From: Candidatus Bathyarchaeota archaeon
GTDB taxonomy: Archaea; Thermoproteota; Bathyarchaeia; Bathyarchaeales; Bathycorpusculaceae
Direction of reading: 5' to 3'
DNA length: 64,000 nucleotides
NCBI GenBank assembly: GCA_963720565.1
Contig: CAVRFW010000009.1
Span: forward strand, 416,001-480,000
How positions within the stretch are numbered: position 1 is the stretch's first letter; the number at the start of each line of letters is the position of its first letter. The notes beneath the pieces were generated by a model, which searched no databases, was not told the DNA's origin, and saw only the letters and a list, made by a program, of their open reading frames with translations. This document shows positions 11,047 to 21,065 of the stretch, one piece after another. The translations under genes were made by a program, and so were the position numbers.

Positions 11047-12399
11047 ATGGCCAAGTTGAAGTTTTTCGGTGGGGTCGATCAGATTGGTGGCAACAAAATT
11101 CTTTTGGAAGAGAAGGGAACTCGGATTCTATTGGATTTTGGGCAGTCCTTCGATTTTGGCACCGAATACTTTACAGGTTGGCTTTCCCCTAGGGGCATAA
11201 ATGGTCTGGGTGATCATTTTGAGTTTGGTTTGTTGCCGAGAATTTCTGGACTCTACGCTAAAGACCAGCTCGAAAAAACTGGCTTTCCATATTGCGAACC
11301 GGAGATCTCAGGGATCTTTCTGAGTCATGGACACTTTGATCATGTAGCACACATTTGTTTCGTCGACCCCAAGATTCCGGTGTATCTTGGAGTTGGCACA
11401 AAGCTTTTCTTGGAGTCAATGGAGGAGACAAGTAATTTCTGCGATTACAAAGACCACACTTACCGAACCTTTCGCACAGGTCAAAAAATCAAGCTTGATG
11501 GAATCGTTATTGAACCCGTTCATGTAGATCATTCGATTCCAGCCGCCTACGGCTTCATAGTACGCACGAAAAACTCTACAATCGCCTATACTGGAGATTT
11601 GAGGCTGCACGGTCCAAGGAGAGACTTGACTGAAGAATTCATAGAAAAAACTAAGGCTGCTGAGCCTGACGCGTTGATTTGCGAAGGCACCAGAATGGCT
11701 CTAAAAGAAAACCGAAAAAACTATTCTGAACTAAATGTTGAACAACGAAGCAACAGGATTGTTTCATCCACAGACAAAATTGTTTTTGTAGCCCGTTACA
11801 GTCGTGATTTAGACCGATTCCGAAGTTTCTACAATGTGGCTAAAGAGAATAAACGCAAAATTGTTATCACACCCAAAAGTGCGTATCTGTTGAGCAAAGT
11901 GACCGCAGATGAGCATCTAAATCTGCCCGATCCTATGAAGGACGAGCATGTTCTAGTATACTTCAAACGCAAAAGGTCTGGAAAATACGACGACTCGGAT
12001 TATTCTCCTTGGGAACGCCCATTCATGAACAAGATGGTCAGTTGTGATTTTGTACATAAAAACCAAAGCAGACTAATTATGGATTTAGATTTCTACCAAC
12101 TGGCAGAGCTTATTGATATTCAACCTGATGCTGGGGGTCACTTCATCCACAGCATGAGCGAACCTTTCAGCGAGGAAGATGTTGAGGAAGAAGTTCTGCG
12201 TAATTGGCTTAAACATTTTGGATTGAAATTTCATCAACTGCATGCATCTGGCCACTTGAACCGGGACCAAATAAGCAAGTTGGTAAATGATGTAAACGCC
12301 AAGCAGGTTTTTCCTGTTCACACCGAAAATGCAGGTCTGTTTAGACAAACATGTAAGAACATCAAACTACCGAAAAGAGAAAGAGAATACAAGATTTAA
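11047..12399 (+). CDS. Beta-CASP MBL-fold hydrolase (RNase J-like)
   Basis: GGVDQIGGN, SHGHFDH, VDHS, YTGD, CEGT, HASGH, PVH. Confidence 0.88.
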   Translation: MAKLKFFGGVDQIGGNKILLEEKGTRILLDFGQSFDFGTEYFTGWLSPRGINGLGDHFEFGLLPRISGLYAKDQLEKTGFPYCEPEISGIFLSHGHFDHVAHICFVDPKIPVYLGVGTKLFLESMEETSNFCDYKDHTYRTFRTGQKIKLDGIVIEPVHVDHSIPAAYGFIVRTKNSTIAYTGDLRLHGPRRDLTEEFIEKTKAAEPDALICEGTRMALKENRKNYSELNVEQRSNRIVSSTDKIVFVARYSRDLDRFRSFYNVAKENKRKIVITPKSAYLLSKVTADEHLNLPDPMKDEHVLVYFKRKRSGKYDDSDYSPWERPFMNKMVSCDFVHKNQSRLIMDLDFYQLAELIDIQPDAGGHFIHSMSEPFSEEDVEEEVLRNWLKHFGLKFHQLHASGHLNRDQISKLVNDVNAKQVFPVHTENAGLFRQTCKNIKLPKREREYKI

Positions 12400-12579
12400 C
12401 TGTAACGTCAATTCTATGTCATTGTTGACGCATAATAGTCACTTTTTTTATGAAATTGGCGTTGGGGCATCTTTGTTAATAACCTACATATTGTTTTGTT
12501 TGAGAAGTTCGGTATGATACTCTAGACAGAAATATAAGGCTGAATTCTCAAGAATTAATTAACGATAAAGGTGAATTTC

Positions 12580-13329
12580 ATGACAAAAAAGAAAGGAAAG
12601 CCAAAAGTGGAAGTCAGCAAGAAAACAGAGCCAGTAGTTGCGGTTAAGAAGGAGCCAGTAGTTGCGGTTAAGAAGGAGCCAGTAGTTGCGGTTAAGAAAG
12701 AGCCAGTAGTTGCGGTTAAGAAAGAGCCAGTAGTTGCGGTTAAGAAAGAGCCAGTAGTTGCGGTTAAGAAAGAGCCAGTAGTTGCGGTTAAGAAAGAGCC
12801 AGTAGTTGCGGTTAAGAAAGAGCCAGTACCAACTTCTAAGAAAGAACCAGCGCTGGGAAAACCTAGGAAGACCAGTGCCATTGCACCTGCTCCGCCACGC
12901 GTCCTTTGGAAAGCGTTCGACGACGCTTTTGAGAGGTTCCGAAGCGATTTTGAAAATATCCTCTTCCCTTCGTCTTGGGAGAGAGCCCTGTCGACGATAC
13001 CGGAAACGCGAGTTCCGAAGGTTGACTTGGAAGATGGAGAGAAAGACTACATCCTCAAGGCGGAGATGCCGGGGTTCAAGAAAGATGACATTGAAATAGA
13101 AGTTCAAGGCAACTCTGTGGTCATAACGGGCAGAGTAGGATGGAAGTACAGCGAGAAGGCTCAAGCATACATTTGCAAGGAACGAGCATGCGAATCGTTT
13201 TACAGAATGGTTTCATTGCCTGAAGAAATAAACGCGACTGACGTCACTGCAACATTGTCAGAAGGTCTTTTGGAAATCACCCTTCCCAAAAAGGCGCCGA
13301 AGCAGAAACGCAAAGTCTCAGTAAAATAG
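12580..13329 (+). CDS. Hsp20/alpha-crystallin small heat shock protein with N-terminal repeats
   Basis: PKVDL, AEMPGFKKDDI, LPEEI, GLLEITLPK, C-terminal V-x-V motif. Confidence 0.92.
   Translation: MTKKKGKPKVEVSKKTEPVVAVKKEPVVAVKKEPVVAVKKEPVVAVKKEPVVAVKKEPVVAVKKEPVVAVKKEPVVAVKKEPVPTSKKEPALGKPRKTSAIAPAPPRVLWKAFDDAFERFRSDFENILFPSSWERALSTIPETRVPKVDLEDGEKDYILKAEMPGFKKDDIEIEVQGNSVVITGRVGWKYSEKAQAYICKERACESFYRMVSLPEEINATDVTATLSEGLLEITLPKKAPKQKRKVSVK
12628..12828 (+). repeat. 24-bp coding tandem repeat, 8 full copies plus a partial copy (EPVVAVKK)
   Basis: GAGCCAGTAGTTGCGGTTAAGAAR repeated head to tail with no spacers. Confidence 0.98.
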
Positions 13330-13595
13330 ACTATCCATTCCCCTTTCTTTTTGGGGAGAAGAAAATTAATTTTTTTTGTTGTCTTTGTTATTGACTATTG
13401 CGAAAGTTATATTTGACATTTTGGCATTAGAGACCAAGCGATAATTATGCAATTGAAACCTCTAAAATCATCAAGCCCGAAAAGTCGAGCTTAGCCTATG
13501 TTTGCTTGAATTTGTTAGTAATACACTTTCGGAATAATTAGCCGCTGTTATGAAAGCGCGCGCTCATACAACCCATAACTCCCAGTGCCCCTATT

Positions 13596-13814
13596 TTGCC
13601 GATGTCAACAGGAGTCTTCATGGCACTATCAGCCTTCGTGGTGTATTTATTGGCGAGAAAAGGTGACTTGAACAGAAAAGATGGTGTTTTGCTGCTTATC
13701 ATCTATGGCATTTTCTTGGTAACTCAATCAGTAATTGAAGGAGTTGGAGTTTGGTCTCGCATGCCTGTTAATGCCGATTCAGTATGTCAACTCTATTTTG
13801 AGTCGAAGATTTAA
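13596..13814 (+). pseudogene. Probable C-terminal fragment of a Na+/Ca2+ (CaCA) antiporter
   Basis: LNRKDGVLLLIIYGIFL resembles the final helix of CaCA antiporters; the rest of the gene is absent. Confidence 0.45.
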
Positions 13815-13944
13815 AATGCCGACTATCTATAGCACTGAATCAGAGACCGAGCGACTTCGATAGCAACCATGGGATGAACAGGTTTTCGATGGGTTCACAG
13901 CTTGATGCAATTTAACTTCTTCGAAGGTATCTCTGTATCTTCAT

Positions 13945-14187
13945 CTAATGTGTTGCCCGGATCTTAATCAACGGCAACTGTCCTTCGTTCTCATGTTCTG
14001 GATTGGACATGTTTACAACTTTCACTCTTGCTGCACCTAATTTCTGTTTTGCGCCCATTTGCGCTTCATTCTTCGTTCGGTATGATTCGCTTAGTTCGAA
14101 CCAAGGCAGAGCGTCGTCGACCTTAATCCACACACTGTATCTTCTGCTTCCGTTTTCCAGTTTGGACATATTTGCATCGTTCAGCAC
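13945..14187 (-). CDS. Small hypothetical protein
   Basis: 80-aa ORF with protein-like composition. Confidence 0.5.
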   Translation of the reverse strand: MLNDANMSKLENGSRRYSVWIKVDDALPWFELSESYRTKNEAQMGAKQKLGAARVKVVNMSNPEHENEGQLPLIKIRATH

Positions 14188-14384
14188 TGTAGCCTAAAAG
14201 CAATTGTGAAGGCAGAATATCGATTTGAAGTATATGTGCCCGCTATCAACCACACTATTCGATTCTCGAACAAAGCAACAAGCAATTGTGCAGCTGAAGA
14301 CTGAGAAGTCCCTTAAGCTTAAATACCGATTTCCTTCAAGGCTAATAGCATATTTGCAACCACGTTTTCAAGACGGGAGAAGGC

Positions 14385-16133
14385 ATGAACAAGGGTACTA
14401 ATATGTCAGAAGAAGACATAGCTTGGACAAGGGGATATTCCGATGATTACTGGAACGACAACGTTTCCCCTCTGTTTTTTGAATTGCTTGGAGACCAACT
14501 GACTCAGATAGTCAATGTTGAGCTCAACGGAATAATGGGATACTCCAAACCTGGTGATAAAACGGACAACCTGCTGCTTCTTCATAAGGGTCACGCTTAC
14601 TTCAATCTAGAGGTACTCAAGAGAAAAGTTGAGTATGAAATTCCCCCGATGCTTCGCAACAACGACATCCTAAACTACTTTCAGGAAGGCAAAGGGAAAT
14701 ACGGCAAAGAAACGATGAAAAAACAGCCGTTCCGCTTAACAAAGAGAATACTTGCCGAAATACGAATTATGCTTTACGATGGAAATGGCTCAATAACAAA
14801 AACCGCTTCTGCCTATGAAGAATGGAGCAAAAAAAAGTTTGTGCCTTTCTATGAACAATTCGACCAAAAAATGCTGTACGCCTCTCGGAGCGAGGGCGTC
14901 GACGGATATCTAAAGTTAGCCAATGAATTGGATCGCCTTATGATTGGGCATTTCCGCCTCGTTCGATATGGTATTCCTGTCCATAATATTGGAATGAACC
15001 TGATTGCACAATACCTTCTGACACGTTTCCTTGGCAAAGAAGAGGCTACCGCAAGCTATCCAATCTTGCTGTCTGGTTTGAAACATAAGACAAGTGAGAC
15101 AAACCAGGCTCTTTTTCAGTTGGCTGCGACCATAAAAGCCTCTCCGCAATTGAGATCCGCGATTCTTTCAATCCCTTCCGACAAAATCTTCTCCCGACTC
15201 CGGAGTGATAGGAGTTCGGCTGCTGAGAGACTGACTTCTGAGCTAGAATCCTTCTTCAGAGAATTCGGTATTCGAGGATTCACAAGAGAACCTTACTACC
15301 CTCGCTGGAATGACGCTCCCGAACACGTCTTTAACATATTGAAATCCATGGTGCAAGAAGAAGAACCGAAGAATAAAAAAATAGGTGCCAAGGGGCACAA
15401 TCAAGCCACGATGACAGAACAAGAGATTGCAGAAAGTGTAAAAGCCACGGCGTTAGGCTGGGCAAAATGGAAAGTATTTTCGTTAGTGCTAGACTTCGCA
15501 AGGAAGTACATAATTTTCCGAGAAAACCAGAGGTTCAACCTTGACCATTGGATTACAATGAACCGAAAAATTTTCCTATCTATCGGAAGAAGCTTCCACG
15601 AACAAAAGATTCTCAGCGACCCGTCAGACATTTTCTTTCTCCGGAAGAATGAGATTCACGGAATCGCAAAGCATAGTGTCTCCAGCACCGAAGTGGAAAG
15701 AATTAAGCAAGCAGCTAAAGAGCGAAAGAAAGAGTTTTTGCTCAACGAAAACCTAACTCCGCCCAAATTCTTGATAGGGACTCAGGAATCTGATGTTCCC
15801 AGCCAAAGCCTCGAGGCGATGTTGCATGGAATTCCTGCAAGTCAAGGTGTCCATTCTGGGCCCGTCAGGGTGCTGGACCGCATAGAAGATATCTGGCAAG
15901 TACGCACTGGAGAGATACTGGTTGTCCCACGAACAGATCCTGGCTGGACCCCCGTTTTTCGTATGATAGGCGGGCTGATAACAGAAACCGGAGGCTTACT
16001 CTCTCACGGAGCTGTTGTCTCAAGAGAATACGGAATTCCGGCTGTAACCAATATTCCGAATGCCTGCCGAATATTCAAAACAGGGCAAACAGTAACCATA
16101 GATGGATCCAAAGGCACTGTGAATATTAGATGA
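14385..16133 (+). CDS. PEP-utilising enzyme family protein: RPH/PpsA-like helical substrate domain plus phospho-His swivel domain, no ATP-grasp
   Basis: PRWNDAPE, FRENQRF, DIFFL, GIPASQG, TDPGWTPVF, GGLLSHGAVVSREYGIPAV, IDG. Confidence 0.88.
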   Translation: MNKGTNMSEEDIAWTRGYSDDYWNDNVSPLFFELLGDQLTQIVNVELNGIMGYSKPGDKTDNLLLLHKGHAYFNLEVLKRKVEYEIPPMLRNNDILNYFQEGKGKYGKETMKKQPFRLTKRILAEIRIMLYDGNGSITKTASAYEEWSKKKFVPFYEQFDQKMLYASRSEGVDGYLKLANELDRLMIGHFRLVRYGIPVHNIGMNLIAQYLLTRFLGKEEATASYPILLSGLKHKTSETNQALFQLAATIKASPQLRSAILSIPSDKIFSRLRSDRSSAAERLTSELESFFREFGIRGFTREPYYPRWNDAPEHVFNILKSMVQEEEPKNKKIGAKGHNQATMTEQEIAESVKATALGWAKWKVFSLVLDFARKYIIFRENQRFNLDHWITMNRKIFLSIGRSFHEQKILSDPSDIFFLRKNEIHGIAKHSVSSTEVERIKQAAKERKKEFLLNENLTPPKFLIGTQESDVPSQSLEAMLHGIPASQGVHSGPVRVLDRIEDIWQVRTGEILVVPRTDPGWTPVFRMIGGLITETGGLLSHGAVVSREYGIPAVTNIPNACRIFKTGQTVTIDGSKGTVNIR

Positions 16134-17114
16134 ACTTTAATCTGAAGCAAACTGAACCCTTAACCCATGTAGCTAACGCGGAGACAGATTGGAATGAATC
16201 ATACTACTTCGTGTTCTATGACAAGAAACTAAGCATAGGCGGAATGACTCGCCTTGGCTTCAAACCCAACAAACAAGAAGGGACCGCCTTCTTCATACTA
16301 TTTCTGCCGAACGGTTCAGCAGCCATGTTCCAGTCTGGAGAAAGAGTCTCGGATGAAAATAGAAAAGTAAACATGAAAGTCAATACAATGGCTCATCAGC
16401 GGTCCCAAACTGGAAAATGGAACTACAAGTTCGCCGGAAAAATGGTAATTGCAAAAAACCCAGAAGATCTTCCTCGAACCTTAAAGCAGCCCGAGCTCAT
16501 CGACAAAGTCTCGAATGTAAATATGGAACTCTCCTTCAATCCAATCAACGACGTTTACGAATACAGCGAGAACATGACTCCAGAATCCCGCGAGCTTGGA
16601 AGAAAATCCGGCGATGCGCACTGGGAACAAATAGGCAAAATAGAAGGGAAACTGGAACTGGAAAACGAAACGTTCCATATTCGCGACACTATCGGACAAA
16701 GAGACCACACGCATGGCGTCCGAGATTGGACAGGAATAGGAAATTGGCTCTACTACGTGGTATGGTTTTCTGAAAGCCTCTGCATAAACCCCGCCGCCAT
16801 AGTCACCGAGGACGGAAAAATATCCTCAGGCGGATTCATATTCGAAAACGGAAAGAACATTCCAATAAAGGCTATCCGGGTTATCGACCAAGAATTTCGA
16901 AACAACATCTTGCCGATAAGTTCCAAAATAGAAATAACTGATTTCTTGAACCGAAAACACGATTTGGAAGGGAAAACTGGACCAATTGTTCCAGTTGCCA
17001 TTCATGGATAACCAAGGAAGACTTTCCATTCTTACACAAGCCTTTGGAAACTTTAGCCTAGACGGCCGCTCAGGCGGTTATGGAAGCTTCGAAACCTTAA
17101 GAAGAACGAAATAG
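16130..17114 (+). CDS. AttH/CrtC/tocopherol-cyclase-like double-barrel protein (DUF7064-like), frameshift near 17005
   Basis: WNESYYF, HWEQIG, GQRDHTHGVRDW; the C-terminal GYGSFE continues in another frame to TAG at 17114. Confidence 0.7.
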
Positions 17115-17253
17115 GGCTTGTTACGAAAATATCAACGAATTGCCACTTTCTCGAAGCGTGCGCGATACATGTTTCCGGTCCCTGCCCAATTCTTATATAT
17201 CCAAAGGATCCAGATTGATACGTAACTTACTTTGCCGGCTAGGTGATTTTGGA

Positions 17254-18123
17254 ATGTGCCAGTGGTGCATGAAGCACGGTGCAGGGGGAAAATGGTATCT
17301 TAATGCCAGAAACTACTCTAATGAGCTTGCTGAAGAGGAGAATCTTCAAGCTTATCTTGAGGAGCAATGGAGAAACTTTGAGACAGTCTATATCCGAAAG
17401 ATCATGGGTCTTTCTTCTATAGGCATGGGTTACAAACTCAAAATGCCCATAATCGGGCGCGTGGTACGATGGAAGGCCGAGAGCATGATTCATTCTGAAA
17501 GCAAGAACCGGAACCCAGTTAGAGCAGACGGCCACTTTGGACAGGTAATCCCGATAGAAGAAGCAAAACTCATAATGATGAACCTGGCGGCTGAACCCAT
17601 AATTCAGAACTACTGTATGTGCAGGATGATGCAGAGAGGAGTCAAAGACGTTTGCTGCATCAACTTCGGCTGCCTCTCAGGCGTAATCGAGAAACTGCCC
17701 CGTTTCATTCCCCAAAAAACCAAGGTACGACTAGGCAGGGAAGAAGCTGTTGCGGCTTTAGAGGAGCAGAACAGGAAGGGACGAGTCGCTACAGTTTGGT
17801 TTCAACCGGTCCCTTACGTCAACGCAATATGTTCCTGCGAGGTCCCCCAGTGTGGTGGCCTCAGACTTCGAACCGACTTCGGTTTAGGATCAGTCTACAA
17901 GGCAGAATACGTTGCAGACGTAAATCCTGACTTGTGCCAAGCATGCAAAGCCTGCATTTCAGATTGCCAGTTCGGAGCAGTTCGATATTCACCCACACTA
18001 AAAAGAGTCATTATTGACCAGAACAAATGCTTCGGCTGCGGACTCTGCAAGGACCGTTGCAAGTTCAATGCAATAACACTGATCCCAAGGGAAAATGTTC
18101 CCGGAATAGCCAACATGTACTAG
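17254..18123 (+). CDS. 4Fe-4S dicluster protein with additional Cys-rich N-terminal domain
   Basis: MCQWCMKHG, CMCR, ICSC; CQACKACISDC and CFGCGLCKDRC; SD AGGTGA upstream. Confidence 0.85.
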   Translation: MCQWCMKHGAGGKWYLNARNYSNELAEEENLQAYLEEQWRNFETVYIRKIMGLSSIGMGYKLKMPIIGRVVRWKAESMIHSESKNRNPVRADGHFGQVIPIEEAKLIMMNLAAEPIIQNYCMCRMMQRGVKDVCCINFGCLSGVIEKLPRFIPQKTKVRLGREEAVAALEEQNRKGRVATVWFQPVPYVNAICSCEVPQCGGLRLRTDFGLGSVYKAEYVADVNPDLCQACKACISDCQFGAVRYSPTLKRVIIDQNKCFGCGLCKDRCKFNAITLIPRENVPGIANMY

Positions 18124-18144
18124 CAAGAGAAACAGGGGATAACG

Positions 18145-18399
18145 ATGAGGAAGAATAAGATCACAATTGATTATTCAAAGTGTGGAAACGCAACGGGGGG
18201 AATCGACCCCCGAGAATGCAGTCTATGCCTGAAGGTGTGCGACCCAGCAATTTTCCTGCGCCATCAGAACATCAAAGCCAAACAACCAAACCCTAACGAT
18301 CCACAATTCTGGCAAATAACCGCGGTCTGGATAGACCTGTGCACTCGTTGCGGAAAATGCGTTGCTGTGTGCCCACAAAAAGCCATAACCGTAACATAA
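18145..18399 (+). CDS. Ferredoxin
   Basis: C...CSLCLKVCDP and CTRCGKCVAVCP. Confidence 0.85.
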   Translation: MRKNKITIDYSKCGNATGGIDPRECSLCLKVCDPAIFLRHQNIKAKQPNPNDPQFWQITAVWIDLCTRCGKCVAVCPQKAITVT

Positions 18400-18464
18400 G
18401 AGCTCAATTGACAAACCGTTTCTTTACTTCGAAGTTCGGCCTACTTGAGAAATAAAGTGAAGGT

Positions 18465-19388
18465 TCAGGGTACGGGTTTGGACCAAGACTTAGGGTGAGT
18501 AATGAGGAATTCTATTAATCCCGTTCCTCTCTCTCCGTTCGCAGCTGCCTCATGGATTGCCATTCCTTCAAAAAGCTCGGTTGATCCTTTCGGAAAACTC
18601 CTGGAAAACCTTACGAAGCTCTCAGGCGAAATCAGTCTAGACTTAAGCGTTAGAATGTTTCCGTCCACGAAGCGTATGTTCGTCAAAGCTCCAGTCGGGC
18701 TCGGGCAATCTCCTTTCCCGTAAGTTATTTCAAGGTCTACCTGAGAGGCAGTCGATTGCTTTTTCGCTGAGGTGATTCCTCCGGAAACATGCACTAAACC
18801 ATTCACAGTGTCTCTTCTCAGGCCAACAGCATATGTCTCAAACTGCGCATGGAGGGCAAACCAGTTTTCTATGTGCCAGTCTCGCGGTCCCCAACTTTTG
18901 TCGCGTTGACCATAGCCATCAATATTGATTTTTCTTCCGTCGGATAATTTTGCTGCACCTTTGATAATGCCTGACTGTTCAAAGTGTCCCGTCCAGGAGG
19001 TTCCGCTTCCTTTTCCAAAATCAAACGGAGGAAAACGCGCGGTCCACTGGATATTCAATTCCAGATCGGCGTCGATAAAATCGATTTCCCATTTCTGGAG
19101 CGGTTCAATAAGTTTGTATGTGAGGATTTTGTCCGAGATGAGGCTTGAGGATTGATCGTTTATAGTTGCTTTTTGTTCTTTGTAGTAGAGCTTTTGTTTG
19201 TCTTCATGGATTAGCGCTAGTACGAATTCTGCTTTTTCCTGGTTTGGCAAAATACCTATGGTTGTGAATCCTGATGTTTTGTTATCGCGACTTACAAAAT
19301 TGAAATAGTAGCTTTCTCGCCAATCCAGTTCTTCTTCAGGGATGTGGCGATAATCATCCGTTTTCCAAATTGAACTCGACGTTTTCAG
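18465..19388 (-). CDS. Second AttH/CrtC-like double-barrel protein (DUF7064-like), probable CTG start
   Basis: The frame extends upstream of the called ORF through DWRESYYF to CTG at 19388; HFEQSG, GQRDKSWGPRDW, GTGLIE. Confidence 0.72.
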   Translation of the reverse strand: MKTSSSIWKTDDYRHIPEEELDWRESYYFNFVSRDNKTSGFTTIGILPNQEKAEFVLALIHEDKQKLYYKEQKATINDQSSSLISDKILTYKLIEPLQKWEIDFIDADLELNIQWTARFPPFDFGKGSGTSWTGHFEQSGIIKGAAKLSDGRKINIDGYGQRDKSWGPRDWHIENWFALHAQFETYAVGLRRDTVNGLVHVSGGITSAKKQSTASQVDLEITYGKGDCPSPTGALTNIRFVDGNILTLKSRLISPESFVRFSRSFPKGSTELFEGMAIHEAAANGERGTGLIEFLITHPKSWSKPVP

Positions 19389-19407
19389 CGTCCCTCACTG
19401 CATTTTT

Positions 19408-20586
19408 CTATTCTGGCATCAGATACATTATCGGATCTTTTTCTTTAAGGAACGGAAGGGCTTTCATCTTTATGACTTTTTTCTTGATTCTCGAAAATGC
19501 TGGGTCCTCATTAGCTTTCATAAAAATCGGCAGGTATTCATCGAGAACAGGCTGGGCTAGGTGCCAAGATATCTTCTCCGTGATTCCTGCAGCGTCAGTG
19601 TACCTGGCGAAGCATCTCCAGTAAGCTGTGGCGCCGGAGATTAGGCGATCTTTTCTGTTCATCTCAGCGAACTTCATGTAGAGTTCGGCTTGGGCGTTAT
19701 CCGCAGCTTCTGCGTATGCGGGTAGCTCATCCAATTCTACGGCGACTATTTTTTCCCCGCTTCTCTTGTAGGCGGCAATTCCCTTCACGAGTTTGGAGTA
19801 GTCCCCTGGATCAACTGTTAATGTTCCAATGTCATTGAACTTTGTCTTTGCATCCTTCAGCGTCATCGCTATTCCAAGAGTTGAAGAAGGCAATTTAGCT
19901 TCTGTTGCTGACCATGGAAGCCACAATCTACCGTGTCCATCATGGAGGTTCGTGAATTCAATCAGCACAAGGTTCTCTCCGTTGCCCATAGGGTATGGAC
20001 CGTGATTAACGATCTTAGCCCTCGCTTCACACTCGTCTATGAAAGAATAGAGGTCAACCGAGCCTATGGTTCGTCTCACTCTTGTTGTTTGTTCAGGAGT
20101 GACTGGTTGAATGTGGTTTTTGACCCATTCAATTGCTTCGTTGCTAAGACCGATGTTTTTTCCGTCCGAAGCTGCTACAGTCGGTTTGCCTGAGGAAAAG
20201 TATGTTGTTGCTAGGCTGTGCCACTTTTCAAGCATCCATTTCCACTGCTCTCTCTTTTCAAGCGGTTCTTTGCTGGGGTCTCCCTCGCACTTGTTGTAGA
20301 TTTTGCCCATTCTCGCGAGCGAATAATAGAGCCACAGATACGAGATCGACAATGCTTGAATAGGTGAGAGCAGACCTCTGTTTTTCTCTGCCATTTCCTC
20401 CGGGGATATTCTGTCCCAAACCTGCTTCATGACTCCGTAGAGTTCGCTGTAGGTCTGGTAAAACCCGAGGCTAATGTATGCGTTAACTGGAAAAAGTTTG
20501 GATTCAAGCAGGCTTCTTTCAAGAACGATATTGGCGAAGACCTTGCTCAGATGCGTTATTACCTCGTTTATCTCTGCAATCTCCAT
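19408..20586 (-). CDS. Hypothetical protein (392 aa), divergent from the standalone swivel-domain gene
   Basis: Long ORF with motifs ERSLLESKLFPV, ECEARA, HGPY. Confidence 0.8.
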   Translation of the reverse strand: MEIAEINEVITHLSKVFANIVLERSLLESKLFPVNAYISLGFYQTYSELYGVMKQVWDRISPEEMAEKNRGLLSPIQALSISYLWLYYSLARMGKIYNKCEGDPSKEPLEKREQWKWMLEKWHSLATTYFSSGKPTVAASDGKNIGLSNEAIEWVKNHIQPVTPEQTTRVRRTIGSVDLYSFIDECEARAKIVNHGPYPMGNGENLVLIEFTNLHDGHGRLWLPWSATEAKLPSSTLGIAMTLKDAKTKFNDIGTLTVDPGDYSKLVKGIAAYKRSGEKIVAVELDELPAYAEAADNAQAELYMKFAEMNRKDRLISGATAYWRCFARYTDAAGITEKISWHLAQPVLDEYLPIFMKANEDPAFSRIKKKVIKMKALPFLKEKDPIMYLMPE

Positions 20587-20711
20587 TGTTAAAATTCAAC
20601 CCGGATGTGATATTTCGTTTTTGATGTAGATAAGATTTGGCATCTGTGAATCCAGCAAATCTAATATTCATCTTTGGCTGATATGAAACCGCGTTGAATG
20701 AGGACAGACTA

Positions 20712-21065
20712 ATGAAGGTCATAGGCAGCGGAAAGATAACGCTGAATATTACAGCTAAGGGCGAGCTTCGGGTGATAACATCGATTCAGGATGTGATTAG
20801 TCTTTGGAAGGAGGGCGCAAACGGGAAAATAGCCGTAGTAGAGGAGGCGGGAACAACCACTCTGGGACCTATTCTTTCCAAGCTTGCTGGCGTGGTCTGC
20901 AAAACCGGGGGAATAGGATCTCATCTAGCGATTGTATCACGAGAATTTTCAATTCCCGCTCTAATGGGAACAAAAATCAAAACAGATGAACCTCTGAACA
21001 AGCGGCTGGCCATGATCCAACCTAATGGTGGCATGGAAGGACTGCTAATACTCTCCGATTCCTGA
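20712..21065 (+). CDS. Standalone PEP-utilising mobile (phospho-His swivel) domain protein
   Basis: AGTTTLGP, GVVCKTGGIGSHLAIVSREFSIPALMG. Confidence 0.88.
   Translation: MKVIGSGKITLNITAKGELRVITSIQDVISLWKEGANGKIAVVEEAGTTTLGPILSKLAGVVCKTGGIGSHLAIVSREFSIPALMGTKIKTDEPLNKRLAMIQPNGGMEGLLILSDS

Noticed and set aside
12628..12828. CRISPR array
   Set aside because: The repeats are contiguous with no spacers and lie in frame inside the Hsp20 gene
12555..13164. Antisense and alternate-frame ORFs with LNRNYWLF or TATTGSFL repeats
   Set aside because: Shadows of the stop-free 24-bp repeat in Hsp20
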